Shown one piece after another: positions 39,419 to 49,086 of a stretch of 64,000 nucleotides of DNA. The position numbers and the translations under genes are program-made. The stretch's first letter is position 1; each line of letters opens with the position of its first letter. This DNA comes from an uncultured Chloroflexia bacterium. GTDB lineage: Bacteria > Chloroflexota > Limnocylindria > Limnocylindrales > CSP1-4. Under the pieces are notes generated by a model that saw nothing but the letters and a program-made list of their open reading frames with translations, searched no databases and had not been told where the DNA came from. The DNA lies in assembly GCA_963749705.1 (NCBI GenBank), contig CAVVNQ010000006.1, forward strand, positions 64,001 through 128,000, written 5' to 3'.

Positions 39419-40813
39419 ATGCCCGACCAACACGCCATCTCGAACCCTGCCCAGCTCGCGCTCGAGCTTCCGAGCGCCCTGCCGACCCTCGGGATCGAGC
39501 CCGAGTGGAAGGCCCAGGCACGCCTGTGGGGCCCGACCCTCCACCCGATGTGCTCGTACCTGGCGAGCTTCCCGGCCGCGCTCGCCCACGCGTTCATCGC
39601 CCGCTACAGCCGTCCCGGCGACGTGGTCATCGACCCGTTCTCGGGTCGCGGGACGACGCCCCTCCAGGCCGATGCGGAGGGCCGGATCGGGGTCGGCAAC
39701 GACCTGAACCCGTTCGCCCACCTGCTCACGGCCGCCAAGGTTGACCCCGCGCTCGCGGCCGAGACACGCACCCGCCTCGCCGCGCTCCGGCTGGCCTGGT
39801 CGGCCGACACGCCCGAATGGCTGGCCCTGGGCACGCGCGTGGTCACCCACCCGCACCACCCGGCGTCGAGGGTCCCGGCGGCCGGCAGCGGCGACGGTCC
39901 GACCTCGCGCACGGAGCCCGTCCCCGACGAGGTCGCGATCGCGTTCCATCCGCGCACGCTCGGCCAGCTGCTGCTGGTCCGCTCGCAGCTCCGCCTCGAG
40001 AACCGGGTGGACCGGTTCCTGGCCGCGGCATTGTCCGGGATCCTCCACGGCAAGACGCCGTCGTACCTGTCGACGGTCATGCCCAACACGTTCAGCATGG
40101 CCCCCCGCTACGTGCGCGACTTCGCAGAACGGACCGGCTTCCAGGCCCCGGAGCGCGACGTGTTCGATGCGCTGTCGGCGAAGCTCGACCGCGTGTACCG
40201 TCAGCCGGTGCCCGACGTGCGAGGGCTCGCCCTCCACGGGGACGCGCGAACCGCGGGCCGGCGGGCTCGCGCCGCGCTGCGTGCCCGAGGGCTCCCGGAT
40301 CGCGCCCGCCTGGCGGTCACCTCACCCCCCTACCTGCGGGTCCTCAAGTACGGCTACTACAACTGGCTCCGTACGTGGCTGCTGGGGTTCGACGCCCGGG
40401 CCATCGACGCGGAGCTCGACGATGCACACCAGCGCGCGCCGTACCTCGTGTTCATGCGCGAGGTGCTGGCGGACCTGCGGCCCGCGATGACCGACGACGG
40501 GATCGTGGTCCTGGTGATCGGCGAGGTCGAGATGGACCGCGGCAAGCGGTCGAGCACCGGGCTGGGGCTCGCGGAGCGGGTGTGGGAGGAGGCCGCCTGG
40601 CCGGCCGGCTACCGGCTGGCTGGCGCCGTTCGCGACGAGATCGCCTCCAACCGCAAGATGACCCGGCTGTGGGGCGACGAGGCGGGGCGGGCGACGAAGA
40701 TGGACCGGATCCTGGTGCTGGGGGCGACCGAGGCGGGACGGCGACGAGCGCTGGCCTCGGCCGAGCTGCCCGTGGACTGGACCTGGCCACCGACGCGGTT
40801 GCGGGCGCTGTAG
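39419..40813 (+). CDS. Orphan DNA amino-methyltransferase (N4C/N6A; motif I before SPPY)
   Basis: HPMCSYLASFP, VIDPFSGRGTT, GNDLNP, TSPPY. Start uncertain (39383 or 39419). Confidence 0.85.
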   Translation: MPDQHAISNPAQLALELPSALPTLGIEPEWKAQARLWGPTLHPMCSYLASFPAALAHAFIARYSRPGDVVIDPFSGRGTTPLQADAEGRIGVGNDLNPFAHLLTAAKVDPALAAETRTRLAALRLAWSADTPEWLALGTRVVTHPHHPASRVPAAGSGDGPTSRTEPVPDEVAIAFHPRTLGQLLLVRSQLRLENRVDRFLAAALSGILHGKTPSYLSTVMPNTFSMAPRYVRDFAERTGFQAPERDVFDALSAKLDRVYRQPVPDVRGLALHGDARTAGRRARAALRARGLPDRARLAVTSPPYLRVLKYGYYNWLRTWLLGFDARAIDAELDDAHQRAPYLVFMREVLADLRPAMTDDGIVVLVIGEVEMDRGKRSSTGLGLAERVWEEAAWPAGYRLAGAVRDEIASNRKMTRLWGDEAGRATKMDRILVLGATEAGRRRALASAELPVDWTWPPTRLRAL

Positions 40814-40910
40814 GCAGCCGCGGCGACGGCGATCGGGCCGGTTCGCCGTGGCGGGCCGTCCACGAGAGCGTCCCGCCCGACACCCCGTCGTTGGGCTAGC
40901 ATGGCTGGCG

Positions 40911-41138
40911 ATGAACGAGATGTACCCGCCCTCGGACCTCGCCTCGATGGATCCGCTGGTGCTGATGAAGAACCTCGATCACGTGCGGATGACCAGCCGC
41001 CGCCTGTCCTACATCCTCCAGCAGCAGGTCCACCTGTACGCGCCGGAGGCGAACCAGCTGCGCGAGCAGATCGACCGCTACGTGGAGGCGGAGCGCCAGA
41101 TCGAGGGCGAGATGGCCCGGCGGCGCATCCGAGCCTGA
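40911..41138 (+). CDS. Small hypothetical coiled-coil protein
   Basis: Protein-like composition and GC3-biased codons; TAGCAT upstream. Confidence 0.75.
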   Translation: MNEMYPPSDLASMDPLVLMKNLDHVRMTSRRLSYILQQQVHLYAPEANQLREQIDRYVEAERQIEGEMARRRIRA

Positions 41139-41243
41139 CCCGGCGGCACATCCGGCCTGGCCCGCCTCGAGGCGCCGCCCGCGCGCCGGCAGCGGTGGCG
41201 TCCGGATGATCCAGGTCCGCCCCGTGGGACGGACCGCATCGTC

Positions 41244-41582
41244 CTACGCGGCGCCCGCCAGCACGGGGGCCTGGCGCCGCTCCTCTTCGGCGATCCGGGC
41301 AGCTTCGATGGCCGCCGCCCGTGCCGCGCGGCGCGCCGCCTGCTCCTCGGCCGCGATCCGGGTCACCAGCTCGGCCAGCCGGGGCGTCTCGAACAGGCTG
41401 AACCCGACGCCGATCTCGGCCAGGTCATCGTGGCCCATGCCGCGAAACAGGCCCCGCGTCGCGACCGCGCACATCTCGTCGTACAGCTCCGGCCAGCCGA
41501 CGCGTCGGCGCTGATAGCAGAACTTGACGAACGCCTCGGCCTCAGGGGTCGACGGACAGGCGGCGGGGCCGGCGGGCAGCAT
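41244..41582 (-). CDS. Hypothetical protein
   Basis: FVKFCYQRRRVGWPELYDEMCAVA; SD GGAAGGA upstream. Confidence 0.7.
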   Translation of the reverse strand: MLPAGPAACPSTPEAEAFVKFCYQRRRVGWPELYDEMCAVATRGLFRGMGHDDLAEIGVGFSLFETPRLAELVTRIAAEEQAARRAARAAAIEAARIAEEERRQAPVLAGAA

Positions 41583-41864
41583 CGATAAAGGTTCCTTCCA
41601 CTCCCACGGGGATCCGGGCTCGGTCGACAGCAGCGCGGATCGTGCGCGACCGTCGACGGTGATGATTGCGATGTCGCCGCCCCTCCCTCGTCCTCCGACG
41701 ACGACCCCGCAATGCTACGCCGACCGCCGGGGGCCACGGTAGGGGCTTCTCCACCATGTTGCCCCCCGACTTGTCCACACCAATTCCGAGTCGGTGGACA
41801 GGACCTCGAGATGCCCCGAAGGCTGTGGATCCATCCTCCGCCGGGTGTGCTTGCCCCGCCGCGA

Positions 41865-42938
41865 TCAGCGCCGGGACAGCCCCAGTCCGGGGGCGTCGGG
41901 CAGCCGCCAGCGCTTGTCAGGCCCGAGCTCGAGGCCCGCAACCGGGTCGTCGTCGAGCAGCAGGCAGCCGTCGAGGTCCACCCATTCCGCGAGCGGGGCC
42001 ACGGCCGCCGATGCCGCGATCCCCACCGACGTCTCCTCCATGCAGCCGAGGAACGTCCGGAACCCGAGCTCTCTGGCGCGCGTCAGCATCCGCCCGGCCG
42101 GGCCCATCCCCCCGCACTTCGCGAGCTTGACGTTCACGCCATCGACGACGCCGACCAGCGCATCCAGGTCCTCGATCGTGACCGCGCTCTCGTCGGCGAC
42201 GACCGGGAGCGAGGAGCGCTCCTGGAGCCAGCGCAGCTGGTCGAGACGGCGGGCCGGGAACGGCTGCTCGATCAGCTCCACGCCGAGCCGCTCCAGGTGC
42301 GGCAGCATCGCCACGGCCCCCTCCGGCGTCCAGCCCGTGTTGGCGTCGACCCGGATCGGACCGCCGAACACGACCCGGACCGCCTCCAGCGTCTCGATGT
42401 CGGCAGGCCCCCCGACCTTGACCTTGAGCGCCGGAAAGTCCCCTGCCCGCCGGGCGCGCTCGGCGACCACGGCCGGCTCGTCGATGCCCAGCGTGAAGTC
42501 GGTGGGTGGGATCTGACCGGGGATGTCGAGGATCGCCCGCACCGGCAGGCCCAGCCGCTTGCCCACCAGGTCGTGGAGGGCGATGTCGATCGCGCACTTG
42601 ATCGCGCCGTGGTGCCCGATGGCCGCATGCATCAGGCCGTCGGCCGCCTCGAGCGCTGCCCGAACATCGTCGAGCGAGCCGCGCAGGTCGGCCTCGACGG
42701 GGGCGAGCGCCTCGAGCAGTCGCGGAGCCACCGCTGCCATCGTCTCGGGGGTCTCGCCGTAGTAGGGGCCCGGGTAGCCCTCACCCAGCCCGAACGGACC
42801 GTCGGGACCGTCCGCCTCGTCGCGCAGCTCGACCAGGACGGTCGTCACGGCTCGACCCGCGCCGTGCGACGCCCGGGCGATCACGAACGGGTCCCGCAGC
42901 GCCAGGACCAGCGTCTCGAGCCGGAGGGTCAGGCTCAC
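41865..42938 (-). CDS. Enolase-superfamily dipeptide epimerase (DgcA/AEE-like)
   Basis: LKVKVG, VDANTGW, IEQP, ADES, NVKLAKCGG, GCMEE, DLDG. Confidence 0.9.
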   Translation of the reverse strand: MSLTLRLETLVLALRDPFVIARASHGAGRAVTTVLVELRDEADGPDGPFGLGEGYPGPYYGETPETMAAVAPRLLEALAPVEADLRGSLDDVRAALEAADGLMHAAIGHHGAIKCAIDIALHDLVGKRLGLPVRAILDIPGQIPPTDFTLGIDEPAVVAERARRAGDFPALKVKVGGPADIETLEAVRVVFGGPIRVDANTGWTPEGAVAMLPHLERLGVELIEQPFPARRLDQLRWLQERSSLPVVADESAVTIEDLDALVGVVDGVNVKLAKCGGMGPAGRMLTRARELGFRTFLGCMEETSVGIAASAAVAPLAEWVDLDGCLLLDDDPVAGLELGPDKRWRLPDAPGLGLSRR

Positions 42939-44074
42939 GTCGCCGGCCCCGGCTCGTCTTCCGGCAGCGTGACCCAGGGCAGCCCGTCGACCGCGGCCAT
43001 GATCTCGTCCCACAGCGCGCCGCCACCGAACCGGACCGGGTCGTCGCACGGAAGGCCGGTCTCGGCCGCCGTGGCCTCGATGATCCGGCGCGCCTCGGCC
43101 TCGTCATGGATCAGCGAGGTGTTGAGCGCGACGGCGACGACGCGGGACGGCGCCACGACGGCGGCGAGCTCCTCGTGCAGCCTGATGAACCCGGGCAGCG
43201 CGGCGATCGGGAACCGGGCGTCGGGCACGTGCTCGAAGTCGTGATCGGCCATGCCCGGCTTGTGGACCATCACCATCGCGTGCGGCGTTGCGCCGTGGAT
43301 CAGGCCCAGGGTCACGCTGCTGTAGGCGGGGTGGTCGAGCGAACCCTGGCCCTCGACGATCACCCAGTCGCCGCGCTCCTCGCCCTCCTCGATCAGCCAC
43401 TCGACCGTGCCCTGGAGGAAGTCCGCGATGACCCGGTCGACGGCGACACCCCAGCCCTCGATCATGATCCCCGTCTGCCCGGTGGGCACGAACGCGGCCG
43501 AGCACCCGGCGGCCACCGCCGCGCGCCGCAGCTCGAGCGCGACCGACATCTTGCCGATGGCGCAGTCGGTGGCGACCGTCAGCAGCACGCGCTTGCCCGG
43601 ACCGTGGCGGCGCCCGACCGCGGTCTCCTCGCGCTCCGGCGGCCGGCGATAGTCGACGATCCGGACACCCGACGCCCGTGCGGCCTCCGCGAACTCCGGG
43701 TCGTCGCCCAGGAACGTGTGCAGCCCCGACAGGACGTCGAGGCCGGCCCGGATGGCGGCCAGGATCGCCTGACGCCACTCGTCGGGCAGCCTGCCGCCGG
43801 TGGGTGCGATGCCCACGAGCATCGCGTTGGCGCGGGGCACGAACCCGATCGCGTCGCTCAGCGTGGCGACGATCGGGATGTCGAAGCGCCCGCTGTCGCC
43901 CAGCCACTCGCGGACGTTGCGGCCGGCCTGCGTCGAGTCGATCACGGCAACGACGCGGTCCGATCCGTAGCGGATCACGCCCATGGCGGTCTTGCCGTGA
44001 TGGAACCCGAAGTTGCCTTCGGCAAGGATCACGAGGCGGCGGTCGGCGATCGGGGGCATCGGCGTCTCGGGCAC
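42935..44074 (-). CDS. DUF1611 domain protein (DgcN-like)
   Basis: KTAMGVIRY, SGLHTFL, TDCAIGKM, TGQTGIMI, VEGQGSLDHPAYS. Confidence 0.9.
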   Translation of the reverse strand: MPETPMPPIADRRLVILAEGNFGFHHGKTAMGVIRYGSDRVVAVIDSTQAGRNVREWLGDSGRFDIPIVATLSDAIGFVPRANAMLVGIAPTGGRLPDEWRQAILAAIRAGLDVLSGLHTFLGDDPEFAEAARASGVRIVDYRRPPEREETAVGRRHGPGKRVLLTVATDCAIGKMSVALELRRAAVAAGCSAAFVPTGQTGIMIEGWGVAVDRVIADFLQGTVEWLIEEGEERGDWVIVEGQGSLDHPAYSSVTLGLIHGATPHAMVMVHKPGMADHDFEHVPDARFPIAALPGFIRLHEELAAVVAPSRVVAVALNTSLIHDEAEARRIIEATAAETGLPCDDPVRFGGGALWDEIMAAVDGLPWVTLPEDEPGPAT

Positions 44075-44161
44075 CAGGTGCGATGGCAGGGATGGCGCCG
44101 AGTCTAGGCCATCGGACCACCGGCGCGACGGGCGACCGTCGTCGGTCGACCAGCGGGCCGC

Positions 44162-44782
44162 CTACTCCGCCGGGCTCCCGGGTCCCGCCAGCCCGCGCAG
44201 GACGAGATCGATCACCAGGAGCCTCGCGCGCTCGGTCCGCACGTCGTGCGCGCTGCGCAGGTGGACGAACGTCCAGCACACGGTGTTGAACACGACCTCG
44301 GCGGTCTCGGCCAGGTCGGTGTCGACCGGTCGGAGGCTGCCGTCGGCCGCGCCCTCGGACAGGAACCGGGCGAAGGGATCGACGAAGTTCACCCCGGCCG
44401 CGCCGTGCTGCACGCGGAACCCGTGGTGGAACGCACGATCGGACGCGACGAGGAGCGGCAGATGACGGTCGATGACGTCGCACAGCCGGTCGAGTCCCAG
44501 CCGCAGCCGCTGCGCGCCGGTTCCATCGGCCGTGAGCACCGGCCACAGCGTCTCGCGGAAGTCGACCCCGAGCCGGTCGAGCAGGGCGCCGATCAGCCGC
44601 TCCCGGGTGATGCCCTGGCGCCAGGTCGTGACCCGGGACATCCCGGCGCGCTCGGCGACCCGCTCCTGGGTGAGCCCGTCCCACCCGGACTCGGCCAGGA
44701 CCGCCGTTGCGGCATCGACCAGGCGAGCATCGAGTGCGCTCGCCGATTCGTCGCGGGTGGGCTGGTCCGAGGCTTGCATCAT
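44162..44782 (-). CDS. TetR/AcrR family regulator
   Basis: AVLAESGWDGLTQERVAERAGMSRVT HTH. Confidence 0.85.
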   Translation of the reverse strand: MMQASDQPTRDESASALDARLVDAATAVLAESGWDGLTQERVAERAGMSRVTTWRQGITRERLIGALLDRLGVDFRETLWPVLTADGTGAQRLRLGLDRLCDVIDRHLPLLVASDRAFHHGFRVQHGAAGVNFVDPFARFLSEGAADGSLRPVDTDLAETAEVVFNTVCWTFVHLRSAHDVRTERARLLVIDLVLRGLAGPGSPAE

Positions 44783-44883
44783 GACAGGGATCATACCAGT
44801 CCATGAGCACCTGTGCACCCTTGACGCAACAGGAATGTTTCGCCTAGGATGCCCGCAGGATACATCGAGAAAGGAGGTCCCCG

Positions 44884-45381
44884 ATGCAACTGCCGTACCA
44901 GGAGCCGCACGTGCCGCGCCGGCCCGGCGCGCGGGTGATCCCGGAGCCACCGCGGCGTGGCGAACCCGGCGGGGCGCCGTGCGGGATCTGCTCCCGCGAG
45001 ATGAGCAGCGAGGTGTGGTCGGACGAGCACTGGACCCTCCATCCGGCGGTCAGCGGCAGCCTGCCCGGGACGGTCTGGCTCGCGAGCCGGGTCCACGTCG
45101 ACTCGTTCGCCGACCTGCCACCGGCGGAGGCAGCCGCGTTCGGCCCCGTCGTGGCCCGCGTCGAGCGCGCGATCCTGAGCCTGGGCGACATCGGGCGCGT
45201 CCACCTCTACCGGTGGGGCGATGGCGGGGCGCACTTCCACGTCTGGTTCATCCCGCGCCCGCTGGGAATGCTCGAGGCGTCGGGCATGATGCTGCCGCTC
45301 TGGGAGGACGTCCTGCCCAACGTGACGGACGCGGAGCTCGCGGATGCGGCGCGGCGCGTCGCCGCGGCCATGGACGGCTGA
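44884..45381 (+). CDS. HIT-like hypothetical protein
   Basis: CGIC, LASRVHVDSF, GAHFHVWF. SD AAAGGAGG; promoter TTGACG-N18-TAGGAT at 44821-44850. Confidence 0.75.
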   Translation: MQLPYQEPHVPRRPGARVIPEPPRRGEPGGAPCGICSREMSSEVWSDEHWTLHPAVSGSLPGTVWLASRVHVDSFADLPPAEAAAFGPVVARVERAILSLGDIGRVHLYRWGDGGAHFHVWFIPRPLGMLEASGMMLPLWEDVLPNVTDAELADAARRVAAAMDG

Positions 45382-45385
45382 GGTC

Positions 45386-46567
45386 GTGCCCCGACCGTCG
45401 TCCGCGCTCGAGGTGCTCCTGGTCGCAACCAGGCTCGGCCTGACCTCGTTCGGCGGCCCGGTCGCGCACCTCGGCTACTTCCGCCGCGAATACGTCGAGC
45501 GCCGGCGGTGGCTCGATGACGCGACGTACGCGGAGCTGGTCGCGCTGTGCCAGTTCCTGCCCGGTCCCGCCAGCAGCCAGCTCGGGATCGCGATCGGGAC
45601 CCGGCGCGCCGGCATGATCGGCGGGATCGCCGCCTGGATCGGCTTCACCCTTCCCTCGGCGGTGGCGCTGGTCGCCTTCGGGCTGCTGACGGCGTCTACC
45701 GACGTGTCGAATGCGGGCTGGGTCCACGGGCTGAAGCTGGCGGCCGTCGCCGTCGTGGCCCAGGCGGTCTACCTCATGGCCAGGCGCCTCGCTCCCGACT
45801 GGCGCCGGCGTGGCCTGGCGGCCATCGCCGCCGGGATCTCGCTGGCCTGGGCGACGCCACTCTCGCAGGTCGCGATCATCGCCGGCGGGGCGCTCGCTGG
45901 CTGGCTGCTCATCTCGGCGCCGGCCGCGACGACCGACACCGAGGAGACCAGCCCGGTGTCGAGGCGTACCGGAATCGTCGCCCTCGCGTTGTTCTTCGTC
46001 CTGCTGGCGGTGCTGCCCGGGCTGCGCGCGCTGGACGGACAGCCCGTCGCGCTCGTCGATACCTTCTACCGCGTCGGGGCGCTCGTGTTCGGCGGGGGGC
46101 ACGTGGTGCTGCCGCTGCTGCACAGCAGCGTGGTCGATCCCGGTTGGGTCAGCAACGACCGCTTCCTCGCCGGCTATGGCGCCGCGCAGGCCGTCCCGGG
46201 CCCCCTGTTCAGCTTCTCCGCGTACCTGGGCAGCGTCGGATCGCTGGCACCCGCCGGGGTCGTCGGTGCCGCGCTCGCGCTCGGCGCGATCTACCTGCCG
46301 TCGTTCCTGCTGATCTTCGGGACGCTGCCGTTCTGGCACCGGCTGCGGGCGTCCGTCGGGTTCCGGCGAGCGCTGGCGGGCACGAACGCCGCGGTGGTCG
46401 GCCTCCTGCTCGCGGCGCTGTACACGCCGATCTGGACCAGCGCCGTGCACGCGCCGATCGACGTGGCGATCGCCGGTGTCGGGCTCGTCGCGCTCATGAC
46501 CGGCCGGGTGCCCCCGATCGCTCTCGTCACGGCCTGCGCGCTGGCTGGACAGCTCATCGGCGCCTGA
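45386..46567 (+). CDS. chrA: Chromate efflux transporter (ChrA family, long form)
   Basis: GLTSFGGP, CQFLPGP, FGGGHVVLP, AQAVPGPLF. Confidence 0.92.
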   Translation: MPRPSSALEVLLVATRLGLTSFGGPVAHLGYFRREYVERRRWLDDATYAELVALCQFLPGPASSQLGIAIGTRRAGMIGGIAAWIGFTLPSAVALVAFGLLTASTDVSNAGWVHGLKLAAVAVVAQAVYLMARRLAPDWRRRGLAAIAAGISLAWATPLSQVAIIAGGALAGWLLISAPAATTDTEETSPVSRRTGIVALALFFVLLAVLPGLRALDGQPVALVDTFYRVGALVFGGGHVVLPLLHSSVVDPGWVSNDRFLAGYGAAQAVPGPLFSFSAYLGSVGSLAPAGVVGAALALGAIYLPSFLLIFGTLPFWHRLRASVGFRRALAGTNAAVVGLLLAALYTPIWTSAVHAPIDVAIAGVGLVALMTGRVPPIALVTACALAGQLIGA

Positions 46568-46591
46568 TCGGCGCCAGAAAGGAGGAAGGTC

Positions 46592-47422
46592 GTGCAGTTC
46601 GGCGTGATCCTGCCGGGTGGAACCGCGGACGAGCAGCTGGACCAGGCCGTGCTCGCGGAGGCGGCCGGCTGGGACGGCATCTTCGTGTGGGAGGCGGCCT
46701 ACGGGGTCGATGCCTGGACGCTCCTCGGGGCGATGGCGTCCGTCACCCGCCGGATCCAGCTCGGGACCCTCCTGACGCCACTGCCCTGGCGCCGGCCGTG
46801 GAAGCTCGCGAGCCAGGTCGCCACGCTCGATCAGCTGTCCGGCGGCCGAGCCATCCTCACCGTCGGCATCGGAGCGCTGAACGAGGACCTGCCGATGACC
46901 GGCGAGGTCACCGACGTCAAGGCGCGAGCCGCGCTCCTCGACGAGGGCATCGATCTCCTGCACGAGCTGTGGTCCGGTAGCCAGCATCACCGCGGCAAGG
47001 CCTACCAGTTCGAGTGCGAGCTCCCCGACCAGATCCAGGTGGGCCGGCCGGTCCAGGAACGGATCCCGATCTGGGTCGTCGGGGTATGGCCGGTGGAGAC
47101 GTCCATGCGTCGCGTGCTGCGATGCGATGGCGTGGTGCCCCAGTACAACCTCGATGGCCGCGAGGAAGGTCCCGCCGACGCCCGCGCGGTCCATGCCTGG
47201 CTCACCGCGCACGGCGCTCGCGAAGGGTTCGACATCGTGGCGCAGGGAGAGACACCGGCGGCGGCCGACGCCGCGTCGAGCATCGTCCGGCCATGGGCCG
47301 ATGCCGGATGCACGTGGTGGCTCGAGACCAACTGGGAGATGCCACACCACGCCGACGAGCGGATGACGCAGATCCGCCAGCGGATCGCCGCCGGACCCCC
47401 GACGATCCGCCCGGTGGTCTGA
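46592..47422 (+). CDS. LLM-class flavin-dependent oxidoreductase
   Basis: AEAAGWDGIFVWE, TLDQLSGGRAILTVGIG, PVQERIPIWV. Confidence 0.9.
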   Translation: MQFGVILPGGTADEQLDQAVLAEAAGWDGIFVWEAAYGVDAWTLLGAMASVTRRIQLGTLLTPLPWRRPWKLASQVATLDQLSGGRAILTVGIGALNEDLPMTGEVTDVKARAALLDEGIDLLHELWSGSQHHRGKAYQFECELPDQIQVGRPVQERIPIWVVGVWPVETSMRRVLRCDGVVPQYNLDGREEGPADARAVHAWLTAHGAREGFDIVAQGETPAAADAASSIVRPWADAGCTWWLETNWEMPHHADERMTQIRQRIAAGPPTIRPVV

Positions 47423-47606
47423 CGGCATGCCCTGTGGCGGTTGCCAACCGCCACAACACGTCCTCCGACGATGTCCCCGAGACCGCGCCCCGAGCATCGC
47501 AGCGCTCGCTGCTCCCGTAACGATGTGGGAACGGTCAACGGCGACCATTCGCCTGAGGGTCCGGGCACGAGGATCGGACCGGTGTCCCAGAAAGGAAGGG
47601 AGCAGG

Positions 47607-48014
47607 GTGACCACTCGACGAAGGACACGTAGGCTGGCAGGCGTCGCCATAGGCGCGGTGGCCAGCATCGCAATCGCCACATCGGCACTGGCCTACGACT
47701 GCACGAACGCAAGCAAGCCACCGGCTTCCGGCGTGCAGGTCATCCTCAACATGCAGACCGGTGAGATCGAGTGGACGACCCCGGGTCTGGCCAACCGGGT
47801 GGGACAGGGTCTCGTCGATCCGGATACGGGCGAAGGATTCCACGGGCTCATTGGCTTCGACTTCGACGGCGATGGCACCGTCGACGTGAGCACCTGGGCC
47901 GGCGTGGGGCCGACGGGCCTGGAGATCCCCGTGCAGGCCCAGGTCAACGGGCCAGCAGACAGGGGCGTCACGAGCATCTGCCTGCTCTACCCGGAGCTGT
48001 GCGCCGGCGACTGA
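47607..48014 (+). CDS. Secreted hypothetical protein with DxDxDG Ca-binding-like loop
   Basis: Signal peptide ending ALA, DFDGDGTVD, three Cys. SD GAAAGGAAGG. Confidence 0.7.
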   Translation: MTTRRRTRRLAGVAIGAVASIAIATSALAYDCTNASKPPASGVQVILNMQTGEIEWTTPGLANRVGQGLVDPDTGEGFHGLIGFDFDGDGTVDVSTWAGVGPTGLEIPVQAQVNGPADRGVTSICLLYPELCAGD

Positions 48015-48183
48015 TCTCCCCGCGGCGAGCCCGGCCCTCGCCGATCGATCCCGGCGGCGTCCCTGGACCCGCCGGGATCCTCACAACCTGTGGATCGCAA
48101 GCTGACTGACGCCCCCGAGCAGCGCTCGCTCCCATCAGGTGCGCCGGTGCCTCGTCGTCCGCCTCGTGTAGTAGCGTTCGGCC

Positions 48184-48474
48184 ATGAGCGAGCAGGGATG
48201 GCGTGACTTCCTTTCCGCGGAAGGCGTCGAGGATTGGGTGGTGCTCCACGGCGGTCCGACGGCGGTGTTCAGGGTCGGGTTGCGCCGCGACGTGTCGGTC
48301 GCTCGCGAGGTCGCGGAGAAGCGGCTGGCGGCCGCGCTCGCGGCCGGTGGTCACATCGTCGACGAATCGAGCGCTCCCGCGGCCTGGATCCTCGCGGACC
48401 GCGCCGGGAACAAGGTCTGCATCGCCGCCTGGCCCGATGGAGCGGCTCCGGCTGACCCCGACGCACAGGCCTGA
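48184..48474 (+). pseudogene. Probable internally deleted pterin-dehydratase/VOC-type gene
   Basis: N-terminal DWVVLHGGPTAVFRV joins directly to C-terminal DVSVARE..LAAGGHIVD..W.LADRAGNKVCI; the middle seems absent (recalled family pattern). Confidence 0.5.
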
Positions 48475-48482
48475 CCGCCGAC

Positions 48483-49070
48483 ATGCTTCCCGAGAACTTC
48501 GCGATCATCGGCGCCGTCATCGGTTCGCTCGGCGGCTTCTACTACCTGTACGCAACCATCGCCGGCAAGGCACAGCCCAACCGCGTCACGTGGCTGCTGT
48601 GGGGAATCTTCCCGATGGTCATCTTCGTGGCGCAGCGGGCCCAGGGTGTCGAGGGCCTGTCCTGGACCTCGTTCGTCGCCGGCTTCACGCCGTTGCTCAT
48701 CGTGGCCGCATCGCTGTTCAATCGGAAGGCCTACTGGAAGACCGAGCCCCGCGACTACTACCTGATGGCGGCGGCCATCCTCGGAATCATCCTGTGGGCG
48801 ATCACCGACGATCCGATCCTGGCAATCCTGTTCTCGCTGCTGGCCGATCTGCTGGCAGGAATACCAACGCTCATCAAGTCGTATCGCCATCCGCGCTCCG
48901 AAAGCTGGATCGCCTATGCGATCAGCACCCTTGGCTTCGGCATCAGCCTGCTGTCGGTCCAGACCTACGACGTGGAGAACACCGCCTTCGTCGCCTACAT
49001 CGTCGTGTTCAACGGCATCTGCGCATTGCTGTCATCGCGTGGTCGCAGGCGACAGCCGGTAACCAGCTGA
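48483..49070 (+). CDS. Hypothetical multi-pass membrane protein (PQ-loop/SWEET-like repeat)
   Basis: About 6-7 TM segments; GKAQPNRVTW and PTLIKSYRHPRSESW. Confidence 0.75.
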   Translation: MLPENFAIIGAVIGSLGGFYYLYATIAGKAQPNRVTWLLWGIFPMVIFVAQRAQGVEGLSWTSFVAGFTPLLIVAASLFNRKAYWKTEPRDYYLMAAAILGIILWAITDDPILAILFSLLADLLAGIPTLIKSYRHPRSESWIAYAISTLGFGISLLSVQTYDVENTAFVAYIVVFNGICALLSSRGRRRQPVTS

Positions 49071-49086
49071 GCCGAACAGGACGAGC

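Noticed and set aside
41745-41835. Replication origin
   Set aside because: Only one consensus DnaA box, no AT-rich unwinding element and no dnaA/dnaN context.
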